From Dimorphilus gyrociliatus (taxonomy: Eukaryota; Animalia; Annelida): a stretch of 64,000 bases of DNA. The stretch spans positions 2,036,946 through 2,100,945 of the forward strand of contig CAJFCJ010000006.1 in NCBI GenBank assembly GCA_904063045.1, given 5' to 3'. Positions 37,996 through 52,401 of the stretch are shown here, piece by piece. The notes below the pieces were generated by a model. The model was not told the origin of the DNA. It ran no database searches and worked only from the letters and a program-made list of their open reading frames with translations. Position 1 is the first letter of the stretch; each line of letters opens with the position of its first letter. The translations under genes were made by a program, and so were the position numbers.

Positions 37996-40900
37996 TTAGA
38001 AAAGATTTTTTCCACTTGGCGTTGGAATATCAACACCAGCTTTTGTTGCAATAAATAGTGATAAAAACAAGGCTCCGATGAATCCTCCGCTTGCTAAACA
38101 AGCTAAAATAAATGCTTTTAATGACCATTTGAAGTTTGGTGGACCAAATATAGCCAAAAATGCTGTACATGCAGTAAGAGTATAAACAATTGATATAGTA
38201 GTATTAATAGCAACAATTTCCCCAAATTTTGAGAAAGGAAGAATAACTGCCTGTGTTAAGGGAATGGAAGCGGCGATGGTTGTGACAGCTGAACTTATAA
38301 TAGATAAACCTATGTGTTTTACTGCCGCTCTAGCGCGCCATTCTCGTTTCTCCTTGTTAGTTTTCAATTTTGGGGGTAAGTTTCTTGCTGACAAAAGATA
38401 ACCTTCCACTAAATGAACACAATAATCTACAGAGGATCCGACAAGGATGGATAAACTAATGGCTTCTATAGCTCCCATTTCCCATCCTGCGATCCAGAAT
38501 ATTGCTACAACGAAGCAAATTACTCCTAGGATAGTCATGACAACGATTATTAGTAAAATAACGTGCCCAGTAAAAATTGTGACTGCAGCAACGCAAATAA
38601 CTAAAGAGAGAACAACACCATATATGGCACTCCAAATTGCAATTGTTTCCATCATAACCTAAAAAACATTATGTACAATTATTTATTTATCACTTAAATA
38701 TCGTTATGTTTAAACACAATTCCACATACCTGAACCCAAAATTCTGATGTGACCTTCATTCCGGCTAGCGGTGAATCGGATCCAGATAAAACTTTTTCTT
38801 TAACAGCCGAAATAAATTTCTCCCATTTTAAGTAATCTTCGTAAGCTTTATACGATGCTGTTCCTTTTAGTGTAGTCTAGAAATATTGCATTAATTATAA
38901 GAGATTTTTTAGTTGTTAATATTAAAACTTCTATTCGACTTACAGAAGAGAAAGCAAAAGCTATCCAATTAATACTAAAGGTTTTGTAATTAATTGATAT
39001 TCTTGATCTATCCGGTAGGAGAGCTCCATTTATCTTTTGATTTTTCGGAATATCTTTACAGTCGGGATCGGTTTTCATAAATTCAGTTAAAAAGACGGTT
39101 TGCTTTTTAACTATAAACAAAAAAAACATATAAATTATTCTTTTTTAATAGAACAGTAATATTTTAATATCAAATTACATAAGTTCATTTCTTCATCGCT
39201 CGGGAAACATTGGCTGCCATTGACCATAACTAAATCTTTATTATTTTGAAATAATTTGCATATTTTACACATTTTCCTAATTAAATCTGGATTGAGTTGG
39301 CCATATTGAAATGCATCTTGAAATTTTTTATCATAAACTACTGTTCCTTTATCATTCAGGACGTGTTTATATGATACATTACTTCTATCTATTGTATCTA
39401 TACCGAAAACTACATAGACTATAGTACCAGAGTCTAACTGAGGTTTTTCTTCGGGGTTACAGCCATTATTTTCGCACGGATCAAAACTAACTGGAGGCAC
39501 CGGAGAAGGATCAATTGGTCCAGGACGATCTGTAGGCTGAGGAGGGTTAGGTGGATTAGGTGGTATAGGAGAGTTTGTTGTTGGTACCACCGTTGGACGT
39601 TTTGTTTTGGGTATAATTTTCTTAGTTGTTGGTTTATTTGTGATAGTGGTAGTTGGTGTAGTTGTTGGTTTTGTTGTCGGTTTAGTTGTCGGCTTAGTTG
39701 TCGGCTTAGTTGTCGGTGCTGCTTTTTTGGATGTGGACGGAGTAGCACTTTTGGTAGTTGCCTTAGTTACTTTCGTCTTTACAGCGGTTTCTAAAAGACC
39801 CGTTGTTATTTCTTCCGTTTCAGGATTTTGTGTTACATTTGAATTTGATTCAGTGACTACTTGATGAGTTACTGGTATTATAGAATTTTTAACCGTCGAA
39901 ACGTCTTGTGAATCTATTGTGGTTATTAAATCATTAACCGTTGTAATTTCAACAGTCGACATTTGAGTTGTTTGTTTTGTTGTTGGTATTGATTTAGTAG
40001 TAGGCTTTATCGTTTCCTTAACTTTAGCAGTTGTAGGAGATTTTTTGGTGCTTAAAAAAACAGTTTTGGTTGTCGCCGTTGATTTGTTTGTTGTCGGTGA
40101 ATCAGTGTTTGGTGGCGGAGTCGGTTTTACGGGGTTAGCCTATTTTATTGACAGTATATAAATATTAATATTAGTCTTTAATAGTAAATGCTATCATAGT
40201 ATGGTCGAACAGACCTGATGAAAAGCTGAACATGTGTCGCATTTTAGATCAGTATGACTAAATTTGACGGATAAATCCAGTAACATCTGCAGGTTTGAGT
40301 TTGGATTAAACATCTGAGGTGGTTTAGTTGCCGCTTTTAATTGGGACATTAAACCAATAGATATTATCAATATAACGATGTATATTCCTTTTAAAAGAGA
40401 AAATAGATAGTTTTAGAAATACGTTTTGTTTTAATAAACCAAATAAAATAGATTTTTACCTAAAATTACCCATTTCCATCTAACAACCAATGAAGCAGTA
40501 AATTTATAAATATATCTTTGGAGGATCATTGATAAGCTACAACCCTCTACAACTCGAATACTATCGTCTCCCTCCGAACTTGTAATTTCAGATGTCTTAT
40601 CCGACTTTTTAATTGGCGATAACATCACTAAATAAATAATATAAAATTATTTAAGTATTCTTATTAATAATACAGCAAATTAAAGCAAAATGAAGGATAA
40701 AGATAAAAGCCAATCTAGGGTAAAATTATTAGAAGATAAAATAATCAAGTAAATTCAGGCAATTCAATCGAATCTCCAAAATAATTAGAATTTCATGATA
40801 TTATAAATAATTTTACATGCTATGTATATAAATATGATTATCTGAGTATTATATATATACAATGCATCAAAAATATATATAGATATATCAATAATGGAGA

Positions 40901-43260
40901 AGTTATAAATGGCATTGTTGTCGATCAATTAGTTTTACCTTATGAAAAATGAAAATATCTGAAAAAAATTAACAATAGAAGAAAGTTTCAAGATAAAAAG
41001 ACTAGATTGTTAAATAAAAACATAAAAAAATATTAATATTCTATTGAAGAGGAGAATGAAAAGTGAAGTAAAAACTTAAAAAATATAGCTAGCTGTGTAC
41101 AGTATATTCGATATTTACTATTAAGAGCTCCTAGGTATAAAGGCCAACCTCCTTCGGTGATTGTTGCTATTTCTTCTTTCTCTTCCAATTTAACATCACC
41201 CAAATCGTCATCAGTTTCATCAATGTTGTATTTATAATTATTAGGATTTGGTGATATATTAATAGCATCATCTTTAATTGATGCTTCCGTTTCATTTTCA
41301 ATTTCCTCTGCTCTATTGATTTCGAATTTGGGAGTAGTACGAATTTCCTCAGTTTCGAAAGATTTACCACATTTGCAATTATTGCATCTATAGAAGAGGA
41401 GGGAACGGGAGAAAATTAGAGAGTATTCGGTCAATAAATTTACAGTTATTTACTTGCTAAAGCACATCTTTTCGCAGTTACTAAATCTATTATACCATAG
41501 ATTAATGGCTGGAGGCATAATAAAAAGAACCGTTATCCAACAACAGCCAACTATTAGAGACATAAAAAGACCAAAGTCGTGCACTGCAGGAATCTTTTAA
41601 AACAAAATTATTATTATATGTAACATTAATGAAAAATAGAGGCTTTCATTTTCTAACTTACAGAAGAAGCAACGTTAGCAGCAAATGCTACTGCGGTTGT
41701 GAAAGAAGTGAAAAAAGTCGCTTTTCCAGCGGTAAGAAACATATAGAAAAGCCTCTCACCATGATCGGGTATAAAATGCGATTGTCTGAATGTATTTATA
41801 AAGACAAACACGTCGTCAACACCTAGAAAATATTAATATATTTATTTAAATTGATCATTTTTTTATTTTATTGAATCATTACCGATTCCAATGATGACGA
41901 ATGCAGCAGCTCCGTTTAGAATACCCAAACGTGTCATCTGAAAGACAGCTCTATAAAAGAAGAGTGCCAGCGGAAAACTTAAAAGAATTGAGTATATCCC
42001 CCAAAATGTTAGGAATCCGGAAAAGGAAGTTAAAATGAACATGAATAGGACAATAAAACCAAGAGAAAATGCAGCTAATTTAATATCATCCCAAAAGGTT
42101 TTATCTACTTCATAATCAAAAAGAATGTTTCCTCCGTACAAGATTCGTACCTCATCATTACTGTATTCTTTAAGAAGGTCAATATAGCCAACTATAAACT
42201 TTTCTGCCATAGCCTCTTGCTCACCGCCTTTGGAATGGGAGTATTCGAAACCCGGAAAAGGAGTGCCGAACTGAACCTCAGTTCTAAGGAGAGTACTCTT
42301 CTTCGAAACCGAATTAAAATTTTCATCGACATACCAATATGTTCCGGCATTTGTTAAAGCAAATTTAAGAGTTTGATTTATATTCTGTAATTCACTTCCT
42401 AAACCATCGTAGTGAATAGTTCCATCGAACCCTTGCGAGGGGTAAAAGTAAGTTAAGAGGCTATTTAGTGGACTGCATCCGTTGTATTTTTTATAAAGAG
42501 GATATGATTTTTGCTCTCTATAGCAGAAATTTGTAAAATCCTTTCTGTTCATTATTCCCATTTCTACTTTATGAATTTGTTCAAGTCTACTTCTAGTGAA
42601 AATATTTTTGTCTTTTCCAATAGCTGTATAAACCAATTGCATCTTCCATCGTGGAATAGTCTGGCAAAAATTTCCACAAGCGGCAGCTCTTCTAAATCTC
42701 TTTAAAATATGATCGAATATACTACGCTCTCCATAAATTTTCTTCACTATCCTTTTAGCTTCCACTCTAGAATCAATATCTTTGATATCTCGTAGTCTAT
42801 TATTACTAATGATTTTTTGATTGACCGCTGTAAGAGGTGGGGAGTCTAACCAATTATCCCTGGGAATTTCTCGTTTCCTTCTTCTTGAGAGTCCAGTATT
42901 TTTATCCCATTCGTCTTTAGCCATTTTGAATGCATCATAATTAATTGATACAGGATGATTGGGAATAGAAAAAGAATTCAAAGATTTATCGATAACAATT
43001 TCTGGAGTCATATAAAAGAAAGCATAAATAGCTGGTCCAATGCACACGGCGCTAGCCAAGAAAATTACAACGATTGACAAAATCTGCGACTTGAGAATAA
43101 ATACAGTGGCTCTTCTAATCTTTTGCCGAAATCTCTTTATTGAACTACCATCAGTATTCTTGGAATGAATCAAAGAATTTGAACTTATCTGCGAAGTCAA
43201 TTCTGATTGAGATGAATTGGTGGTTAGCTCCTTTGGAGAGTTCTCTTCAATAGTTGACAT
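37996..43260 (-). CDS. DISP3: Dispatched homolog 3 (PTCHD2), RND/sterol-sensing transporter-like, copy A
   Basis: IIGI|GVDDVFVFINTFRQ...TAGKATFFTSFTTAVAFAANVASS|IPAVHDFGLFMSLIVGCCW and GAIEAISLSILVGSSVDYCVHLVEGY are near-identical to DISP3 as I recall it. ECD1 contains NIFTRSRLEQIH...YWYVDE...LLRTEVQFG. Confidence 0.92.
39652..39717 (-). repeat. 12-bp coding tandem repeat encoding (PTTK)4-PTTT-PTTT within a Thr/Pro-rich insert of DISP3 copy A
   Basis: The plus strand shows repeated ttagttgtcggc units. Translation in track ORF 39135-39962. Confidence 0.9.
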
Positions 43261-44728
43261 TCTTTCAGCGTTTCTGCAATAGGAAATGAAATTAGGATGC
43301 TTATCCTATCGCTACATAATTAATTAATTATGAAAACGAAAGAAAAACCAATTAATTATTGTTTATAAATCCACATTACCCTAGTTAAAATTCTATAATA
43401 AATTCAATACTATATGATTACTACTGTTGAGAAAATTTGGAAAAATGATCTTTATTTAAGTATCATTTTACATAATATCCAATACATAGAATCTTCAATT
43501 AATTGACATTCAGCTACGCAAATCGATTGATTATAGCATATATTAAATAGGCCTAGAATGGTGAACATATAGAACATTACAGTTTCATACCAATATTATT
43601 TTTCAAAATGGTTAATATATGTAGAATCACAAAATACTAATGCAAATATTTCTTGCATAGAGTACAGATATTTTATTCCTATATTCTAAATAATAACTTC
43701 ACTGTTCTTTTTTCTTTGGAATATTAATTTATCTTTCTTTTGAACACGTATTAAAAAGGTTGAGGGCGTTATAGAAACTTTTCTTTTAACGACTCTACTC
43801 AGAATCTATCGATTTATGACGACTGAAATTTTCCGTAAAATGACTCATTGTCTAATATCGACCTAGTTCATCCTGGTAAAACCCAAACAATATCAAAACA
43901 AAACCTATGGCTACCCTCCTTTAAGCGATTTCAATAATCTTTTTTTAGATATTTAGTTAATACTTGAACACAATTACAATTATATTTTCTGCTTATCATA
44001 AAGCCGATCGTGATCTGTAATGTTTAATCATTTGTAGGGTAAAAAAATATCTTATGTTACTGTAAAAGAAAAAAGGGTAATGCCTTATAGAGATTCTTTA
44101 TAAAGAGAAAACCATCCACTTTCCTTATTAATTTTATAGAATCTTAACCTAATTATTTAAACGTGTCCTTTCGAAAAGTAATTTTCCAAGCCATTATAAT
44201 TTAGCATCTTTTTCTTGGAATTTTGTAATATTAAAAAGGGAGCGAACGAAAAGAGACCAACGAAATATAGAGCAATCTTTACCTTTGCGTAATGAGGTTA
44301 TACCTTTACACCTTATTATATATTTCAATGAAAAGTTTAATTAAATACTTACTACATCAGCATGTTGGTAATAATTTAAAATCTCCTTTAAGGAGATCTT
44401 TTTTAGAATTTAAAGATTGAGCAAAGAAATATTTTGGTCACGTGATTTATGTCTGAAGCTCGGTTAGCAGAGACAGATCATTATTGAGTGAAAGCTGACT
44501 GTACGAACCTTCTATAATATGTAAATTCGGCTTCTTAAACCGAAAAAGCTCCCTTAAATAATTTAATAAAATTCCTAGAAATATAATAAAACGGATTTTA
44601 TTCCTTCCATTAAGTTTATTTTCAAAAAAGAATAAAGAATAAAAAATAGCAATTATTTGTCAATTACATTCTCTCCCTGATAACAAACAAACGACAAATA
44701 TGGATGACAACCTCTGAATAGGTAACGC

Positions 44729-47700
44729 CTAGAAAATAGTAATATTCCATCCAAATCCGTTTATTATAATAGCAATGAGAAAAACAATACCAATTAACCA
44801 TATAGCAGAAATCGCTAAACTAAGTGTTCTCTTCCAAATTGAATTCCCGCCAATTTTTGTGATGTAAGATATAAATGCCGGACAGAGGGTTAGTGATGTT
44901 ATAATAGCTATTGCCGTATTTATTAAAATAATCTTTGAAAATTTAGATATTGGATAAATTTCAGCTTGAGTTAAAGGTACGGCCGCCATCATTGTTGTAA
45001 TCTTTAGACATGATTTATAATTATACTCTTAAAAATTAAACCGATTATAATTAACACTTACAGCAGAGCTAAATAATGAAGAACCTATAGAATACATTGC
45101 CGATTTTGTTAAACTTTTTCTATCGTGAGAATGAAGGATACTATGAGTAAACGACTGTTCCAAACTGTTAAAAGCTTCAGCAATATGCATACAATAATCT
45201 ACAGAAGAGGCGAATAGGATTGATAAGCTGACTGCTTCAATTCTACCAATTCTCCATCCAACTATATAGAAAATTCCAATAACAGAACTTATGATTGAAA
45301 GTGTCGTAAGTATAACTACAAGCAATAATTCAGAACTACGAATAAAAACCATTACAGTTATTATGCAAATTACTAAAGACAGCAAAAGATTTGATATAGC
45401 GTTTGTCATAGTAATTCTTTCGGTCATAGTCTGAAAAGAAAGCGCAAAATGAATTATTTACTGTGTAATAGACAAACCTTATTTGTATATATAGATAAGT
45501 TTTTCTTACAATTTCCCATATATTAGATGTTTGTCGGATATTATGTAATACTGAATTTTTCCTTAATAGCTTTAACTTTATATTATCAATTAGTTTTTCC
45601 CATTTTAAATAATCATCAGACGCTCTTGAAAATCCAACATCTTTTTTTGTTGTCTATAGCAGTTTGTATTTTATGGAAACATAGAGTAAAATTATATCAT
45701 ATTGTGTAGCTTTAGGATAGTTAAATCAAACCGTAAAAAAGGCGAAAGATAGCCATTTAATTGATGATTCATCATCGCTGAATCCTACTCGGAATCGTTC
45801 GTTTAATAATCTTCCATTGACTAACTTATTTGGCGGAATTTTCCAACATTCGTTTATCTTGCCCATAGCTTGGTCAAAGTCATAAAGTTTTTGCGCTAGA
45901 TCCCGTCTCAAAGCTTCAAGGGGGATTGTGTTAAAAATATAAAACTAATATAAAAAAAAAGGTTAAAAATAGCATACATACTTCTAACGAAATGATTTAG
46001 CTGAGAATTGCTGAAGTAGCATTGAGCTCCATTTTTTAAAACTAGAGGATGATTATGAACGTAATTACAAATGAGGCATAATTCTTTAATAAGCCTCAAA
46101 GATGTATTAAGGGAAGAAAACTTGAATTTATCTTGGAATTCATTATCGAAAGAAAAAACTGTTTTCTCCTTAACCCTATTATTTAGCTTCATTTTCTTTC
46201 GCTTAATTGTTTTAATTCCAAAGTACAAGTGCACTACTAATGACTTCTCCAAGGTCACATTCGTTAAAAAATTCCTTTTTGAAAAATTTTGAGAGTTAAA
46301 GTGTTGCTTGAAATAAATATCTAGTAGCTTCTGTTCGTTTGACTGTACTTGGAATAATTTCATGGGATTCGATGACGTTTTCAAATGGACCATAAGACAC
46401 ATCGATATAGCACCAATAGCGCAAAAGATTACTAAAATAGAATGTTATTTTTGTTATTAATTACCTGTTTTAATGAATTTAATTATGTCTTACAAAAGCA
46501 TATTCCATAATATTTAATAGTATTTTTAGCTACAAATCTGTAGATAAAGGACTGAAGCATGAGATTTACGTGCGAAGTTCTTTTCTTATTATCCACTATA
46601 TTAATTTATTGTAATTTCATTATATACTGTATAATACGAGTATAATAATGTAGTCTAATTACTTACCAATTGGGGGATTATTATCACTCGATCTAATTGT
46701 AAGCTGAAATTCTTCGGGAACCGCAAAAAGTGATGTTCCACAGCATCTAAAAGGATGGAATTTCATATAGTATAATTAAACTGTCTATTTTATTACAAAC
46801 CTAATTTTTTCGCAGCTTTCCATTAATTTATCATAATTAAATCTATCGTGTAGGTTTAAAGCAGCCGGCATTATGAGAACTACAACTAGCCAGCAACTCG
46901 ATACGATAATAGACATAAATAGACCAAAGTCACGAACAGCTGGGACCTAAGAATTTTACGGATTATTGAATCTAAAAGAAAGTGATTATTTAAAAACTAA
47001 CTGGTGAAGACATATTAGCAGCAAACGCTGCTGATGTTGTAAATGAAGTGAAGAAAGTTGTCCTCCCAGCACTTTTCAAAGTTTTCAAAAGTCTTTCTGC
47101 TTTATTAGAAATTGAAATATTTGATTGAAATGTATTAATGAAGATGAAAACATCATCAACTCCTGAAATATATAATTTATTTGATTAATCAATATTGATT
47201 GTTTAGATAATTAATTAATTATCAATTTACCTATTCCTATAATAACAAAAAGAGCCACTCCGTTAAAAATTCTGATTTCGTACTCATTAAAGATTGCTCG
47301 ATAGATAAAGATCGATAGAACACAACTAAGAAATATTGAATATATACCCATCAGAGTTAAGAAGAAAGAGAATGATGTCAGAACAAGCATTATTAAAAAT
47401 ACGAAGACAAAGGAGAAAAAAGAAAGCTTGACATCTCTCCAAAAAGCATTTTGCAGGCTGTCAGGTATAATATCTTTCCAAGAATACATGATTTGAATAT
47501 TCTTAGTATTCTTTAGCTTAACATATTCAATTAGGCTTTTTACGAATCTCTTTTCATCTTTAAAATTCGATCTTGGCGGGAAGCGTAGACTGGAGAATTT
47601 TCTAAAAGTTCGTAACAATCGTCCATTATACAATTTCGATGAGAAATTTAACTTTTTCTTCCAAATATCAGGGTTCATAATTCCAGAATCCCGATAAGGT

Positions 47701-48179
47701 TTTTCGCATACACTATCCAAATCATTCTTCTTCCAACAAAACCTATTATAGCCTGCTAGTTTTTCGATTCCACTTTCAACCTTATCAATATAAATAAGAT
47801 TATCTCGCTTGTAGATATTATCCTCCGTCTTATATATAATCTCAAATATTGATTGACAAACATGTTGATTTTTAATTTTTTCTCGATTATTATGATTCAT
47901 TTGCAACATATTTAATGATGGTGTTAACGACGATAAAGAATTATTAGCGTTTATCATTTGAAATCCTTCATAGTTTAAAGCTGCAGGATGACTCTTAACG
48001 AGAAATGAATTTAGTGAACTATCAACACGAATTCCAGGTTCCATAAACAATAATGCATAAAAAAATGGCCCAAAACACAAAGTCGAAACGGTAAGAATAA
48101 TGAAAAACGATATTGACGAAGTTTTCAAGATGAATAGTAAACTTCTTCCTAATATCTTCCTTATCTTCCTTATTTCCAT
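44729..48179 (-). CDS. Tandem, diverged DISP3 paralog (copy B)
   Basis: IIGI|GVDDVFIFINTFQ...SAGRTTFFTSFTTSAAFAAN|VPAVRDFGLFMS and RIEAVSLSILFASSVDYCMHIAEAF. About 9 exons splice in frame by hand. Several intron positions are shared with copy A (after IIGI G; before xPAV). Confidence 0.85.
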
Positions 48180-49082
48180 ATTCTTTTACTGTTAACAACA
48201 AACAGCTACCCTGGTTTTAAAAACTAAGCTCATGGAACAAAGAAGTTGACAAAGTTGCACAAATTTCCAGGCACTTTTTTTTAGTAAAAACAGAATAAAA
48301 ACGCTGAAGTCTTCTCTCTTTCGATTTTAGATCTTTTATAATTAATCTTGCAAACTATTAAGTATAAAATTTAGATCGAATTGCATCTATTTTAAGAATA
48401 GGATAATTCTTGTTAGGTCCGGTTCTTACTAATGGCCGCCTTAAACTGAGCTAAGATAAGCGTTTTGCCTATTATGTAAATACTCTTCTAAGACAGGTGG
48501 CTCTATGTTCCCCAAGACTAACGGTTATTAGCAATGCCCATAAAATCTATTACTACGTCACAATAATAATTTAATGAACTAATTCTCTTAGTAAGAGAAA
48601 TATTAAATTATTTTCGTAATTTTATACATTGAAGGCTTATTACATTTATTTACACTTATTTATATATAATTTTGATACTATATGGTAAAGGTACAAGCTG
48701 AAAACTTTAGAAAGATTTCCCACGATAATCCTCCAAAGCAATATTAATAATAATAAAAGAAAACATCAAATTCGATCATTCTTCAACTAAACAAACTTTT
48801 CGTGTTTAACTTTACGATTGATGATTGTTACCTCTTCCGTATTTTTTTTAAAAAAAAAACAAGGGCCATTGTTCAAGGATTATATAGGGAAAAGTTTACA
48901 GAGTTACCACCTATGTTATTTGTCATCGGATAGGCCTATGTTTTACCAATAAATATTTTCGATTTCTTCTCTCCAATACGTGAAAGAAATAATTTAACTT
49001 TTCTCTATAGATTTAGTAATTAAAATAAGTCATTAGCTATCTTTTAGAATAAGGCAGACGGTGCTGAACGGTCGGCTTTGAT

Positions 49083-52000
49083 ATGATAAATCTTTTATAC
49101 TATCTAACACTTTCGGCTTTTCCCATTTGGGGTATGTTATTGTTACTTTTGAGTTTCTAATAAGTTTAATGACCTATATTAAGAATAAGTAAAAGTTTGT
49201 TACAGGAGTAGTAACAGGAGTTGTAATAGATGGAAGTTTGGCTGTTGATGATTCGGGATTAAATAATACGTATTGTTATAACGATACAATTAAATACGAT
49301 TTTAGCTTTAATATCTCAAATTTTAACACCACAAATCAAACGAACTATTCTAATTTAACAATAAAAATTATCGGATCGGAGCATGTAAGCTTTCAGGTAA
49401 AAATTTTCCATACATTCTCATCTAATCTTCTATTAAACTTATATAGAGACATATATACTTGTATAATATATTTATTTATTATTAAATTAGGATAATTCCA
49501 GTTTGGATTATCAAATTAAATGGATTTTAAAAGTGTTTTTCGACGATAGTTTCAACAATTCCGTTGAAATTAATAGAACTTCTGCTGTCAATCAAACAAT
49601 TACAATTATTGAAGAACAACTTATTAACTCTTCTTATATTCTTACATTTTCAAATTTAGCTAATATCGTTAAATTCATTCTACAAGGAACTGCTTACTTC
49701 AGAATTACTGGTAAATCTATTTTGTAATTTTTAGTTTGGTGCGCCATCTATTGTTTTTTTTAATATTTTTATCTTTCATAAAGATGAGGTTGAATGGGCT
49801 TATCCTATAACTCATCCTAATTTTACTGTCTATGGACAATCAACCAATGGAAATTTTTCGGAAAGTTTGCTTTTGACAGATTTGAGATATGGAAGTTTCC
49901 CAAACATGCAAACATTAATCGACGGCTACGAACTGGTAAAATCCGGACAAAAGCTGAATTCTAACGTTACCGTTAAGGTTGATCGTGGAAAGGGAATAGT
50001 AAGAATTGACTTTATAAGTGGTTTTTACGCTCATTGGTTTGTTACGAATATATAGTGTATATACTGTATATTAACTTTATTATATCTTTCATTTTTGGAT
50101 CATTTAAGGCAACCTGAATCGACTATATTAAAATCACAAGCAATTGAATCGACTGGACTAAATCCATTTGTTTTCTCGAGGCATACACATTCTTTCGAGT
50201 ATTTTAATAGATATGATCAACATTGGTTCAGCACTAATACCAAAATCAAAAGACCAGCTGATAACCCCGAACCCGAAGGTATTATACGGGTCGAAGGACT
50301 TTTTAGGATTGAAGATTATCGTAGACTGGCAAACCAAACAAAAATCTGGATGAATATTGCTGTAAATGTAAACGGTATGATATGGATAGGAAGAATGGGT
50401 TCAAGATTTTTCGACTCTCCGAATAGAGTTTCAAATTTTGATACTCAATTATATGTTGTTGATCAACGACTTGAAAATAACAGGTTGCTCTCTTTGACAA
50501 ACTTTTGTTGAAAGTTTACAGTTTAAGTTTTTTTTAAGACAAGTTGTCAAGACAATTCTCCATGTTACTCATTTACCAGCATCTGAAGCCTATGGATCTA
50601 ACTATACTCTTACGTTTTACGGACTACCAGGAACGACTTTCGGTCAATTCGTACAATCCGGTAGAAGTGCACGCTCCACGTCAAACAAACAATATTCAGA
50701 TTGTTTTTCTATAAGAATTCCGACTCTCGTCTTTGCAGATATAGTTCACGTTCCTTTCGAATTTTCATTCCCTTTAAATTATTCTCTTGGTGGAGATCTA
50801 ACAACCTATATAGGAGTTGCAGATATCTACTCGTACGTTGATAGTTTTAATAGAAGTGAACTGTTGAAATTCGATAGTATGTTCTTAATTATTCCTATAA
50901 TAGGTACACTTTAACAAAAACTGCTTGATCTATTTTTAAAAGTTGTACTTTCAGTCCTATTACCGCCCCCAAAGATCACTGATTTTAGCAGTTTAGAAGA
51001 TCAGGAATGGCGGCAAATTTTCAATAAATCTATCGAGGGTCACGGAAATAGTAGCGTTATGCTAAGAGGGAATCATTTATATATCTGCAAGAAAGATAGC
51101 GAAATGAGATTAAGAAAGAACAGATGTTTCCTCCAACTGCAAGATAAAGGAAGATTCGAGGGTAATTTGCAAATTGTTTCAAGGTTGATTGTAAAAAAAG
51201 CCGTTCAATCTATAGCCGTTGATTCACAAATCGGAACTATACTCTATAAGCATAAAACTGAAGATCTATTCATAGCTACAACTAATAATGGACGAACGTG
51301 TCTCAGAGGTGAAAATTCCGGCACATACTGGGCTGCTGATAATTGTCGAATCTTATCAGACTTTATTGCATCTGATTGGGAAAAGTCTGCTCAAGTTAAT
51401 GCTCACGATATGAATCGATACTTTATCAGAAATGAAGGTAAGAAAATCAACTAGTTTCCATTTAGGTTAGGCGGTTTTATTTTAAGAATGAAATATATTC
51501 ACAGTTGTAACGGATAGCTATTTAAGTGCTCAGTGCAAGAAACAAGTTCTTTCCTTCAACAATCGTGACTGTGAATTTAACGGCCTGACTGGCTGGCAAA
51601 CAGTAGGCACGAACTCATCTCTTAATAGGACTGAAGAAAAGAGAAGATCAGGCGTAAGCAGTTGTAAGCTTGATGGTATTATGAAACAGAAAATTTCAGT
51701 ATCGTAAGTATTAATAGTCAATAAGTTAAAAAGCTTAAGTATTGATACACGAACAAATAGATCACTCGAATTACTAGTGTCTGTGTATAGTCAACCAATC
51801 GACAATCACTTACAGGTCAATTATGGAATGACAGCTGTGGTTAGTAGTTTTAATAAACAAAAGTTCAATAGATACAAATTAGTCAACTTTTTTTGTAATA
51901 ATCGTGCTTCATAATAATTGTAAATTTCATTCTTATGAATAATCTAAATTATTACGTATCAGGCAAAAACTGCAAGTGAAGAACATATTGTGACCACAAG

Positions 52001-52401
52001 TTTTGATTCGTCCCAGAAAAAGTGGCATAAACGAAGTATTCATTTCGAAACAGATTCGAAAATGGTAAGTCTAGAATTACAGATTCAAGGTTCTGCATAT
52101 TTCGATGATATTCATGTGGTGTCGTTGGAAAAGAGTGAATCTTCAATTTGTTTGACGTCGTAAGTGTTGAAAATAAATTTATTCAAGCAACGCAAAAATG
52201 CATAGTTACTTTAATCGCTCTACATTTGAAACAAAAATTTGTGTCGACACTTTAGTTTTTATTTACTACGGAGGAAAAAATTACATCCGAACTTATGAAA
52301 AAAAACAGAACATCAAACCGGACAGTAGTTCAGATATACCTGTTAAATTAGGTAGTAAATTAAGTTCTATCCAACTTTGCAATGATTTCTTCTTCCAATA
52401 A
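49083..52401 (+). CDS. Large uncharacterised secreted beta-rich glycoprotein with a C-terminal CBM4/9-like (galactose-binding-like) module, ~850-900 aa
   Basis: Signal MINLLYYLTLSAFPIWGVVTG. Many NxS/T sites. About 11 phase-compatible exons. Late module NRDCEFNGLTGWQ...KWHKRSIHFETDSKMVSLELQIQGSAYFDDIHV resembles CBM4/9. The exact last exon is uncertain. Confidence 0.65.
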
